Source: Bacteroidales bacterium
GTDB taxonomy: Bacteria > Bacteroidota > Bacteroidia > Bacteroidales > BM520
Assembly (NCBI GenBank): GCA_031276035.1
Contig: JAISNV010000024.1
Span: forward strand, 10,446 to 74,445
Direction of reading: 5' to 3'
Length of the DNA stretch: 64,000 bases
The first letter of the stretch is position 1; each line of letters opens with the position of its first letter. The translations under genes and the position numbers were made by a program. The notes beneath the pieces are model-generated. The model had not been told where the DNA came from. It saw nothing but the letters and a program-made list of their open reading frames with translations, and ran no database searches. This document shows positions 42,891 through 52,600 of the stretch, piece after piece.

Positions 42891-43454
42891 ATGAAGCCAG
42901 TAAAGTTTTTTCTAATTATAAGTATTTTATTTTGCGTATTTACCCAAGAAACGGTTGCACAATATCCATATAAATCAAGTATCGGAGGCTCAATGTTTGT
43001 TAATGTTATTGGGCCTACTTTCAAATGTTTTTTCTCAGATAATATAGCATTTCAGTCCGATATATATTGGAAAGTAATAGTTTCTCCATACAAAGCAAAT
43101 GACAACTGGGACCCTGCTATTCAACCTGTTGTTGAGGCAGATGCTAATCTGATGTATCAAAAAAGATTGAAATATTTGCATAATGCCGAATTATTCTATT
43201 TTGTTGGAGGTGGGATAAATGGAGGATATTCAGGGTGTACAAAATTGGGCATAAATACAATTTTCGGATTGGAATTTGTTTCTCTGAGGAAACCGATAGC
43301 TTTTCAATTAGATTTACGACCCGGTTATGGTATATTAATTAAGTCTAATGATAATGACAATGTTGGATTCTTTCTTCCTGAATTTGAAAGACAGTGGTCG
43401 TTCTTCGATTGGGTTTTTGGATGTACAATAAGATATACTTTCAAAAGAAAATAA
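42891..43454 (+). CDS. Small (about 8-strand) outer-membrane beta-barrel protein, uncharacterised
   Basis: Signal peptide (ETVAQ), alternating hydrophobic strands with G/aromatic girdle residues, 187 aa. Confidence 0.4.
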   Translation: MKPVKFFLIISILFCVFTQETVAQYPYKSSIGGSMFVNVIGPTFKCFFSDNIAFQSDIYWKVIVSPYKANDNWDPAIQPVVEADANLMYQKRLKYLHNAELFYFVGGGINGGYSGCTKLGINTIFGLEFVSLRKPIAFQLDLRPGYGILIKSNDNDNVGFFLPEFERQWSFFDWVFGCTIRYTFKRK

Positions 43455-43465
43455 AGTATATAATT

Positions 43466-43735
43466 ATGAAACACCACATTATTTTAGCAGCATTACTAAT
43501 TGCTGTTGCTTCGCTTGTTAACAATTGTAGACTACCAAAAGACGAATATTATTCTGCTATTGGGATAGGTTATATCTATGATGCGGATTCAATAATACCA
43601 ATGAAAAATGTTGAAATTACTATTACTTCTGCCCTCAATGGCCCTTTTGGAGTTTTTGCATTTTACTTTCGAGACACGGTTATTAGTAATGAAAAAGGCG
43701 AATTTATCAATGTGCTTTGTAATAATTTTTTGTGA
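43466..43735 (+). CDS. 89-aa lipoprotein with a partial carboxypeptidase-regulatory-like (CarboxypepD_reg-like) segment
   Basis: Start moved to MKHHIILAALLIAVASLVNNC (lipobox). GYIYDADS..PMKNVEITI...NEKGEF resembles half of a CarboxypepD_reg fold and then stops. Confidence 0.4.
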   Translation: MKHHIILAALLIAVASLVNNCRLPKDEYYSAIGIGYIYDADSIIPMKNVEITITSALNGPFGVFAFYFRDTVISNEKGEFINVLCNNFL

Positions 43736-43776
43736 AAATATATTAAACCCTACTTGGAATAATTACTATATATTTA

Positions 43777-43784
43777 TACATTTG
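43777..43784 (+). promoter_or_regulatory. -7 promoter box TACATTTG upstream of the Cys-rich lipoprotein / S8 protease pair
   Basis: Perfect TAnnTTTG 93 nt upstream of ATG 43878. Confidence 0.4.
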
Positions 43785-43877
43785 TAGAATTATTTATTAA
43801 TATTAAATATCTTACCTAAAAATATATGCCATTTATAAAAACAGATAAATTATTTTATAAACTAAAAAATTTAAATT

Positions 43878-44243
43878 ATGAAAAATGTTATTTTACTATT
43901 CACATGCATGGTAATAATGTTTACAGGATGCGTGAAAAAGAAAAATTGTGATTGCGGAATAAACGGTGTATGGCAATATCTTGAAGAGCCGTATTATATA
44001 AATAAAACCAATTGTTCAAACAAAAAACATAAAATAGTTGCACATTTCTATCCGGATATTGATAATAAAGAAAATGATACCAATTATTGGACTTTTTCTG
44101 GAAACATTCCGGCCGCCTTTAAATCAACAACTCCTACATATATTAGCATATGTTATGAAGATTATTGCGAAGGCAAAATGCAAAATCATGATGCGGGTTT
44201 GCCAAGTGTTTATAATTTACAATGTATAGAAAGAGTAAAATAA
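43878..44243 (+). CDS. Cys-rich 121-aa lipoprotein, uncharacterised
   Basis: Lipobox MFTGC. Eight further Cys in the mature part. The stop is separated by 1 nt from the S8 protease ATG. Confidence 0.45.
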   Translation: MKNVILLFTCMVIMFTGCVKKKNCDCGINGVWQYLEEPYYINKTNCSNKKHKIVAHFYPDIDNKENDTNYWTFSGNIPAAFKSTTPTYISICYEDYCEGKMQNHDAGLPSVYNLQCIERVK

Positions 44244-44244
44244 T

Positions 44245-47200
44245 ATGAAAAAAAATATTCAAATTTTATATTTATTGTTATTACCTATATTTAATTTATT
44301 CGGACAGAATAACATTTCTAATCTAGATGGCTATTATTATGCAAGTGGAAAGGCACATTATTGGACAACAGATTCAACATCTGTAAATATTATTATAAAA
44401 AATATGGATAATTACCATATTATTGTTAATAAATTAGAAAACATTTTCAATGCTGAGGGCGATGAAATTTTAGCGGACGACGAGGATGACAATATTATCA
44501 TAAATAGTTTTCGTTTACCAATTATTACAAAAGACTCATTGATAAATGCAATAAGTATTGAACATGATGATATAGTTTTTTTTACTTATTCGAAAGTTGT
44601 AAATGAAAATCGGATATGGTTACGTAATGAGGTAATTGTTAAATATAATTCAAATACATTAACCTCTATTGAATCGCTTCAAAACAGATTGGCAACTTAT
44701 GATTCCATCTCTATTTCCTATGTTCAAGATAATGAATTATCTATTATATGTAAAAAGGATAAAGACGTAATAGAAATCGCAAACTTATTATATAATACTG
44801 AATCGGTTGAATATTCTACTCCAGATTTTTACTATAATTATACTTTAGACGCTGATGATCCGCTATTTAATAATTATCAATGGAATTTGAAAAACACCGG
44901 CCAAACAGGTGGAAGTTTCGGCATTGATATTCGTGCAGAAGGTGCATGGGATTTTTTAAATAAGGTATTTGGGACAATCGGTACAAATATAAAAATTGCC
45001 GTAATAGATGATGGAGTTGAAGAACATGAGGATTTATATTCGTCTTTAGGTTATAGTAGGGTTCTTAATGGTTATACTGCAAATAGTGATGGAACCGGAA
45101 GGCCAAGAACTAATGGATATCATGGGCAAAACTGTGCCGGAATCATTGCGGCAAGCCATAATACGTTATGTGTAGCAGGAATAGCACCTAATACATTAAT
45201 AATACCTATACGAATTGTGAAAAACAATGGAAGTTTTTTTAGTCAAAATAAAATAGCTAATGCGATAACCAAATCATGGCAAGAATTGGATGCCCATATA
45301 CTAAGCAATTCGTGGGGTGATGGAAATAAAAATGATAATTTAAACTTTGCAATTAATAATGCAATTAAAAATGGAAGAAATGGAAATGGATGTATCGTTG
45401 TTTTCTCTTCAGGAAATAAAAACAAAACAATAATTCCTTATCCTCAAAATGTTAATGATTCAATTTTAGTAGTTGGTGCAATTGATAAATGTGGTATCAG
45501 ATCAGGGAGTCTTCAATCAGTTCCCAGCTCTTGCGATCCATGGGATGGCGGTAATAATGCAGGAAGTAATTATGGTACTCTTTTAGATATTGTGGCTCCT
45601 GGGACAACTGTACCAACAATTGATAGACATGGTGAACTAGGATTTACTGTTAATAATCATAGGATAGGCTTTGGTGGCACCTCCGCTGCTTGCCCTCATA
45701 TTGCTGGTGTAGCTGCATTAGTTTTGAGTGCAAATCCTAACCTTACCGGACAACAAGTCAGAGATATTATTGAGTCAACAGCCACTAAATTACCAAATTA
45801 CACTTTTACCAATACTTCTAATCGTCCTAACGGCACTTGGAATCAACAAGTTGGTTATGGTTTAGTAAATGCTGAAGCTGCGGTCAAGAAAGCTTATTTT
45901 TTGAATGCGACTATTTCAGGTAGTACATCTATTGGTTCTTGTAATACAGCTACATTTTATTATAACGGTTCGTCGTCTTCTTCAATGCAAATAGTATGGA
46001 GTGTGGGACCTGCTTTAGAAATAGTCTCAGGACAAGGAACAAAAAATGTAACAATCATATCAACAGCTTCATCTTCTATGTCTTCCTATATAAAAATAGA
46101 ATTCAAAGCACAAGATAAGGTTTTATATTCTTTGCAAAAACAATTAAATATTACTGGTGGTAACAGCTATCCTAATTTATCCAACACAAATTTTGAAATA
46201 ACTTCTAATCAAGTCTGGAATACAGAAAGTACTTTAGGAGTAGAAGTTATTATTAAAGACGGAGTTACATTAACTATTAACTCTACTATACATTGTGGGA
46301 AAAACGCAAAAATCATTATTAACCCCGGGGCTAAATTAATTATAGACGGAGGCAAGCTCACTAACTCATGCTCCCAATTTATGTGGGAAGGCATAAGAGT
46401 CATAGGTAACAAAAATCAAGCTCAAACAGAACAATATCAGGGTACTATTATCTTAAAAAACAATGCCGTTATTGAAAACGCAAACTTTGCAGTAACAGCA
46501 CATGGGGTTGGGAGCGACGGAAATACATCTGGCGGAATTATTCAGGCTAAAAACACTACTTTTAGAAACAATAGAAAATCAATAACCTTCTGGGAATATA
46601 CAGATTCGAGCAGCCGGATAATATCAAGCAACAAAAGTTTTTTTAAAAACTGTACTTTTATTGTTGATGATAATAACTTATTTGAATCAAGTGATAAATT
46701 TTTCGAAAATCATATTTCATTATGGGGTGTTTACGGAATAAAATTCAATGGATGCAATTTTGTTAATAATATTAGTAATACAAACGAAAGAAAACAGGCC
46801 ATATATACAGAAGGAGCATATTTTATTGTTGACGAATCATGTATTAATAATATGATATCAAGTAATTGCGGATGCGGAATTAACAACAGTAACTCAAGTA
46901 CATTTACTGGTTTTACTAATGCTATTGATACACATACTGACGGTACTACTTATACTTTTAAAGTAAATAAAAGTAATTTTTCAAAAAATGAATATTCTAT
47001 TAAATCAAATACAATTAATAATTTTACTGCCACAAGACTAAACATTAATTTCGATAATAATCCTTTCAGTAATCCCGTAGGAATTAAAATTGACCAGGGG
47101 GTAAATTATAAAATTGAAGCAAACAGTTTTTATGCACAAACAGTAAATACAAGCAAAAATTATATTGGTATTGATGTAAAATCTGTTAGTGGTAATGAAA

Positions 47201-48477
47201 GCTCAATATATTTAAATGATTTTAAAAAATTAAATGAAGGTATTTATGTTAGAGGAGGAATAACTTCAAATAATCCATATCCTGAAAGAGGATTACAATT
47301 CGCTTGTAATTATTTTTCAAATAATAGTATTGATATCCATTTATCTTTCGGATCATTAATACAAAGGGTACAGGGCAGTGATTCTAAAGGTTCTGATAAT
47401 GATTTTTCAGAAAATGCAATATATAATATTCAAAAAGATAATACAAAACAATTAATATATAAGTACGGGCTCGATAATTATCATTATCCTACTACCAATA
47501 CTAATACTTTTGTAACTGAGGTAGTATCGGTCATAAACAATTGTCAATCTACTTTATGTAGTAATACAGCCGTTGATAAAAGCAATGAAAATTATAAAAA
47601 AGATATTGAAATCTATTCTCAGCTAAATGAAAAATATTCCTCACAACTAAATATCTTCTACTCTAAAGATTATGATAAGGTTATTGAATATTATGATAAC
47701 GGAATAATTTTAGATGAAACACTTTTACTTGCTGCAACGGATATGCATGAGGAATTATTGGAAATCAGTTGGCAAATGGCAAAGATCAGTAATAATGCTT
47801 TGCAGACAATTAAAACGGATACAATTTATGATCTTAATAAACTAAGTGAATGGTATAATGTAATTAACACTTTAAATGCAAAATATTCCCTTGCGGAAAC
47901 ATATTATCAAATGGGTAAATATGAAGACGCATTAAAAATTTTAGAAACAATTCCGAAAATTTTTTATCTTAACGAACAAGAGCTTTACGAGCATACCAAT
48001 TACATAAATTTCTTTGAATTTAAGAACAAACTCCATAAATCTGGTAGAAACTATTTCGAAATGAGAGAAGATGAAATTAAGGAACTTACAGAGATAGCAA
48101 TGTTAAATACCGGAGTTTCTTCTTTGATGGCACAAGGTATTTTATGTTTCTTCCATGATATTTGCATTAATTTGGAAGAGAAACCTCTTGAGAAAAGCAT
48201 TTTTGTAATTGACAATGAACAATTGATAATCAACAATAAAAATAATAATAACGATGTATACGTTTACCCAAATCCAGGAAAAGATTACATTATTGTTATT
48301 TGCGAGATTGAGAATAATAATTTTGAGTTATTTAATATAAACGGCTCAAAACAAATCTCAATCAAACTTCAAAAAGGATCCAACACAATTAATACTTCAT
48401 TCTTAAAACAAGGAGTTTATATTTATAAAGTTATTGTAGAAGATAAAGTAATTTCCGGCAAATGGGTAAAACAATGA
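44245..48477 (+). CDS. Multidomain S8 (subtilisin-family) serine peptidase with a T9SS C-terminal sorting domain
   Basis: Catalytic triad in order D-H-S: D255 (IAVIDDG, nt 45007), H293 (GYHGQNCAG, nt 45121), S480 (GGTSAACPHIAG, nt 45682); oxyanion N355. Signal peptide and propeptide-like N-terminus. Central region with a beta-helix-like pattern, alpha-helical/TPR-like region, and C-terminal VYVYPNPGKDYIIV...GVYIYKV T9SS tail. Confidence 0.85.
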   Translation: MKKNIQILYLLLLPIFNLFGQNNISNLDGYYYASGKAHYWTTDSTSVNIIIKNMDNYHIIVNKLENIFNAEGDEILADDEDDNIIINSFRLPIITKDSLINAISIEHDDIVFFTYSKVVNENRIWLRNEVIVKYNSNTLTSIESLQNRLATYDSISISYVQDNELSIICKKDKDVIEIANLLYNTESVEYSTPDFYYNYTLDADDPLFNNYQWNLKNTGQTGGSFGIDIRAEGAWDFLNKVFGTIGTNIKIAVIDDGVEEHEDLYSSLGYSRVLNGYTANSDGTGRPRTNGYHGQNCAGIIAASHNTLCVAGIAPNTLIIPIRIVKNNGSFFSQNKIANAITKSWQELDAHILSNSWGDGNKNDNLNFAINNAIKNGRNGNGCIVVFSSGNKNKTIIPYPQNVNDSILVVGAIDKCGIRSGSLQSVPSSCDPWDGGNNAGSNYGTLLDIVAPGTTVPTIDRHGELGFTVNNHRIGFGGTSAACPHIAGVAALVLSANPNLTGQQVRDIIESTATKLPNYTFTNTSNRPNGTWNQQVGYGLVNAEAAVKKAYFLNATISGSTSIGSCNTATFYYNGSSSSSMQIVWSVGPALEIVSGQGTKNVTIISTASSSMSSYIKIEFKAQDKVLYSLQKQLNITGGNSYPNLSNTNFEITSNQVWNTESTLGVEVIIKDGVTLTINSTIHCGKNAKIIINPGAKLIIDGGKLTNSCSQFMWEGIRVIGNKNQAQTEQYQGTIILKNNAVIENANFAVTAHGVGSDGNTSGGIIQAKNTTFRNNRKSITFWEYTDSSSRIISSNKSFFKNCTFIVDDNNLFESSDKFFENHISLWGVYGIKFNGCNFVNNISNTNERKQAIYTEGAYFIVDESCINNMISSNCGCGINNSNSSTFTGFTNAIDTHTDGTTYTFKVNKSNFSKNEYSIKSNTINNFTATRLNINFDNNPFSNPVGIKIDQGVNYKIEANSFYAQTVNTSKNYIGIDVKSVSGNESSIYLNDFKKLNEGIYVRGGITSNNPYPERGLQFACNYFSNNSIDIHLSFGSLIQRVQGSDSKGSDNDFSENAIYNIQKDNTKQLIYKYGLDNYHYPTTNTNTFVTEVVSVINNCQSTLCSNTAVDKSNENYKKDIEIYSQLNEKYSSQLNIFYSKDYDKVIEYYDNGIILDETLLLAATDMHEELLEISWQMAKISNNALQTIKTDTIYDLNKLSEWYNVINTLNAKYSLAETYYQMGKYEDALKILETIPKIFYLNEQELYEHTNYINFFEFKNKLHKSGRNYFEMREDEIKELTEIAMLNTGVSSLMAQGILCFFHDICINLEEKPLEKSIFVIDNEQLIINNKNNNNDVYVYPNPGKDYIIVICEIENNNFELFNINGSKQISIKLQKGSNTINTSFLKQGVYIYKVIVEDKVISGKWVKQ

Positions 48478-48607
48478 AATATTGAAAATTAACAATTAGG
48501 TATTTCTATTGCGGAATGCTTTAAATTTGTTAATTATGGAAATTATTTTTTTATCTTGTCTATAAATTACCTCATAATTCCATACAAACATTACATAACC
48601 AGAAATC

Positions 48608-48634
48608 ATTAAAGCATTGGTCTTTAATTTTTTT
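48608..48634 (+). terminator. Intrinsic terminator-like hairpin
   Basis: ATTAAAG / CTTTAAT 7-bp stem, 7-nt loop, then T7 run. 130 nt after the S8 stop. Confidence 0.45.
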
Positions 48635-48691
48635 ATCCTATTGCAAATTAAATTAAATATTTGTTACTTTGCACGAAAATTTATAAACAAT

Positions 48692-48994
48692 ATGAGTATA
48701 AGCGATTTTATTGACTCGGTTAGGTCACAAGTCAATGAACTGGAAAATTTAGACGAATTAATGGAACGATCTGATAACGAGGATGAGGAGGCGATGTGCC
48801 GGCTCGGTCTAATTTATGAAAAGCTGTTATGTATTGCCGAAGACGACTCCGAGTCGGATTCCGATTTATGCGATGATCTTAGAGATGCAATGGAAGACTA
48901 TATGTATAATTCGGCTGAGCTTGGCTTTGTTGAAGCTCAAGAATGGGTTAATAATTACCGCGATGACGACGGTAAATGGGATGTCTATATATAA
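48692..48994 (+). CDS. Highly acidic 100-aa cytoplasmic protein (one Sel1-like helical repeat?)
   Basis: Start moved to MSISDF. By hand count, 31 D/E versus 7 K/R in 100 aa. No signal peptide. AMCRLGLIYEK and AELGFVEAQEWV resemble Sel1-type repeats. Confidence 0.45.
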   Translation: MSISDFIDSVRSQVNELENLDELMERSDNEDEEAMCRLGLIYEKLLCIAEDDSESDSDLCDDLRDAMEDYMYNSAELGFVEAQEWVNNYRDDDGKWDVYI

Positions 48995-49105
48995 CAGATT
49001 CTGATATAACCCATCACAACAAATTTGTTACATAAGCAAATAAAATATCATGTGCTTACATACATACGATTAATTTTAACATCAATGAATTCAAGATATT
49101 TAAGT

Positions 49106-49471
49106 ATGAAAAAAATATTGATAAAATTTTTAGCTGCAATAATAATTCTTATTGGAGCAACTTCTTGTTGGCCGCCCGAAGAAACAGAATTCGACAGCTC
49201 TTTATTAACAGGGAAATGGCAATCAAATACATTATTTGAAAGATATTTCAGCGATGGCACAGGCTATACCTGGGATACTGCCGATGATGTTTATGAGGAT
49301 GAAGCTCAACCGTTTGAATGGACTTTAGAGAAAAGTACGTTAACCCAGATTCATTTAATGGAAATGGGCGGTGTAGTTCCCAAAACTTATACAGTAACCG
49401 AACTCACCAATTCGACTTTTAAGTATAAAGACAGTTTTACAAAATCCTATTCTTTTAGCAAAGTCAATTAA
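49106..49471 (+). CDS. Small lipocalin-like lipoprotein, uncharacterised
   Basis: Start moved to MKKILIKFLAAIIILIGATSC (lipobox). LTGKWQS...FEWTL...YTVTELT pattern typical of lipocalin-like lipoproteins. Confidence 0.5.
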   Translation: MKKILIKFLAAIIILIGATSCWPPEETEFDSSLLTGKWQSNTLFERYFSDGTGYTWDTADDVYEDEAQPFEWTLEKSTLTQIHLMEMGGVVPKTYTVTELTNSTFKYKDSFTKSYSFSKVN

Positions 49472-49495
49472 ATTTACAATAAAACCCCATCAAGG

Positions 49496-49503
49496 TAAAT
49501 TTG
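49496..49503 (+). promoter_or_regulatory. -7 promoter box TAAATTTG upstream of the AsmA-like gene
   Basis: Perfect TAnnTTTG 130 nt upstream of ATG 49634. Confidence 0.35.
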
Positions 49504-49633
49504 CAACTTAAGTAAATGAACCAAGGATGCAAACACACGTCACTTATTAAAATAATAATGACGATATTAATATAATTCATGTGGTTAACATATGACGATT
49601 CAAATAAAAATAAATGGTTAAAATTATTTTCAT

Positions 49634-52600
49634 ATGAAAAAAGCATTAAAAATAATCGGAATTACCTTGTTATCTATCATAGGTGTATTATTAATCGTCA
49701 TTTGTATTGTTTTCTGGTTAGCTCTTACACCAAAAAGAATCACTCCTATTGTCAATAATCAAGTAGAAAAATTTATTAATGCGGAAACAAAATTGGGGGA
49801 AATAGACTTGACATTATTTCGTACTTTCCCTAAAGCCGGAATAAAAATAAATAATCTCTTCATTATCAATCCTGTCGAAGGTTCTCCGTCTGATACGCTC
49901 GTTTATGTTGAATCCTGTATTCTCTCTTTCAACTTAAAAGAATTTCTCAAAAATGATGTACTCAATGTAGATAATATATATCTGGAAAACGGTTTCGCAA
50001 ATATTTTTATTAATTGCGATAATCAATCTAATTTCGATATATTTAACACATCATCAGAGGAAACGGAAGATTCTGGTGAATTTAAAATGCCATTTGTAGA
50101 ATATCTTTTAGAGAAACTATATATAAAAAATCTAAATGTCTTATATGAAGATTGTCCGAACCATCTTTCTGCAGAATTAAATAATTTTTCAACCAACAGT
50201 CATGTTCAGGGAAATGATTCGCGTATCGACGGCAAAATTGATATTTCAACCGATAATATTTATTTTAGTTATAATGAATCGGATTCAAGTAATATTAATG
50301 CCGTATTAAGTAAATCAAAGTTCATTATCGATGGAGTTTACAAAGACAACATTTTAGAAGGTTCAATGCAGGCTAACTTTCCTGAAACTTCACTTAAAAT
50401 GGATAATGTGGATTATTTGAACTCGAGTACAATGAGTTTAAATTTTCCATTTTATCTTGATTTTAATCGTAAGCATTTTGATATAAAGCAACTTATATTA
50501 AATTTCGAAGAAAATATTATCACTTTAAAAGGTACTACCGACTTAAATTATAATAATACAGATGATATTCTTGTAAATGTTGATTTCGGCACTAGTAAAT
50601 TAATTATTGAAAATATTTTACCTTTAATTCCGAAACCCTTTTTAAACTTGCTCGAAGGAATTGATGTCGGCGGCGCTATTACTATTGACGGTTCCGTTAA
50701 CGGAATCTTTAATGAAAACTTAATGCCGAAAATCAAAATCAACGCTTTATACGATGAAGGAAAATTTTCTTATTCGGGGCTTGACTACAATTTCAGAGAT
50801 GTTTACGCTAAACTCAGTGCCGATATTGATATATCCGATAATCTTAAATACGACGCAAACATTGAAAAGCTGAGTGCTAAAACATTAAGCAGCAGCTTCG
50901 ATATTTCAGGAAAAGTAACGGATACAACGGGTAATATTTTTTGTAATCTGAAATTAAACAGTAACTTAAATCTTCCTGATGCACAAAGAATGATTCCGGA
51001 AGACATGACAATCGAGATGTCTGGCAAAGCAAAACTTTCAGCTAATGCAAGATTCAAATTAGATGATGTTTTAAATATGAATCTGATGAAGACGAGTATC
51101 TCCGGAAGAGTAATTTTATCTGATTTGGACGTGTTTTATGAAGACAGCATTAAGCTTGTCTCCCCAAATTTAGATATTCTTTTTGCAATACCTAATCAAG
51201 CCAAAAACCTTTCGTTTAAAGAGCTTATCCGGGCTGATATTGTAAGCAGCGGAATTATTGCGGACATTTCCGATAATATCCATGCCGATCTAAAAGACAT
51301 AAACTTAACCGTAGGCGTTTCAAATATCTTAGATACAATTCAACCGGTTTCCGTAAAAGGAAGCTTTGAAATGTCTAAAATAATTGCTTCAATGGATACA
51401 ATAAATGCTAATATTTCCGATGCTATCGGAAGTTTCAGCATGATTCCTTCGAAAGAAAATCGTGAGATTGTAAATTACAATGTTGAATATTTCAGCAATG
51501 ATCTTAATGCCAACATGGGAAGTACTTATAAAATAAGAACTGCTGCCGTCGGCATTAAAGCTTCGGCAAAATATGATGAAAAACAAAAAAATATTTTGCT
51601 GCAATGGAATCCCGAATTTGATTTTGATATTAGCGAAGGTAAAATTGAAATTCCTGATATAGAATATCCTATTTTTGTTCCGAATTTAAAAATGGATTAC
51701 GATTCCAAAGTATTTAATATTCACGACGGTAATTTTGTAATCGGCAATTCCGCCTTCCATTTAAAAGGTGATGTAAAAAATGTCGACGGATATCTAAGGG
51801 ATTCTACATTATTAACTGCCGTTTTTGATTTTACTTCGGATAATACTGATGTAAATCAACTGATGGACTTAGTAAACGGCTTCGGGGCCGATTCTACGGA
51901 CATTAATGATGTTGAACTGGAATCTCCTGAGGATAATCCATTTATGGTTCCGAAAGGAATTGATTTCAGGTTAAACACTTTAATTAAGAAAGCTACAATC
52001 GGAGAAACAGTCCTTGAATCTCTCGGCGGGCATGTAACTGTTAAAGACGGAGTTCTCGTGCTTGAAGAAATGGGGTTTACGACAAGAGCCGCACGAATGG
52101 AGCTAACAGCGATGTACCGCTCGCAAAGGAAAAATCATCTTTTCGTAGGTTTCGATCTCCGTCTTCTTGATATTGATATCGAAGAATTAATTGATATCAT
52201 TCCCTATGTTGACAGTATTTTACCAATGTTGAAATCGTTCAAGGGAAATGCCGAGTTTTATCTTGATGCGGAAACTTATTTAACATCTGCATACAAACCT
52301 AAAATGTCAACATTAAGGGCTTCTTCATCAATTACAGGTAAAAATTTAGTTTTATTAGACAGTGATGTTTTTTCACAAATATCAAAATTATTAATGTTCA
52401 GTAAGAAAACTGAAAATCTTGTAGACAGTGTTGCGGTGGAATTAACTGTTTTCAAAGATGAGGTTGATTTATATCCTTTCTTGATAAGTATAGATAAATA
52501 TCAGGCTGTAGTTGCGGGAAGACATAATATAGATAAAGACTTTTCTTGTGATTATCATATCTCTATTACCGATACACCTTTGCCGATACGGTTGGGATTA

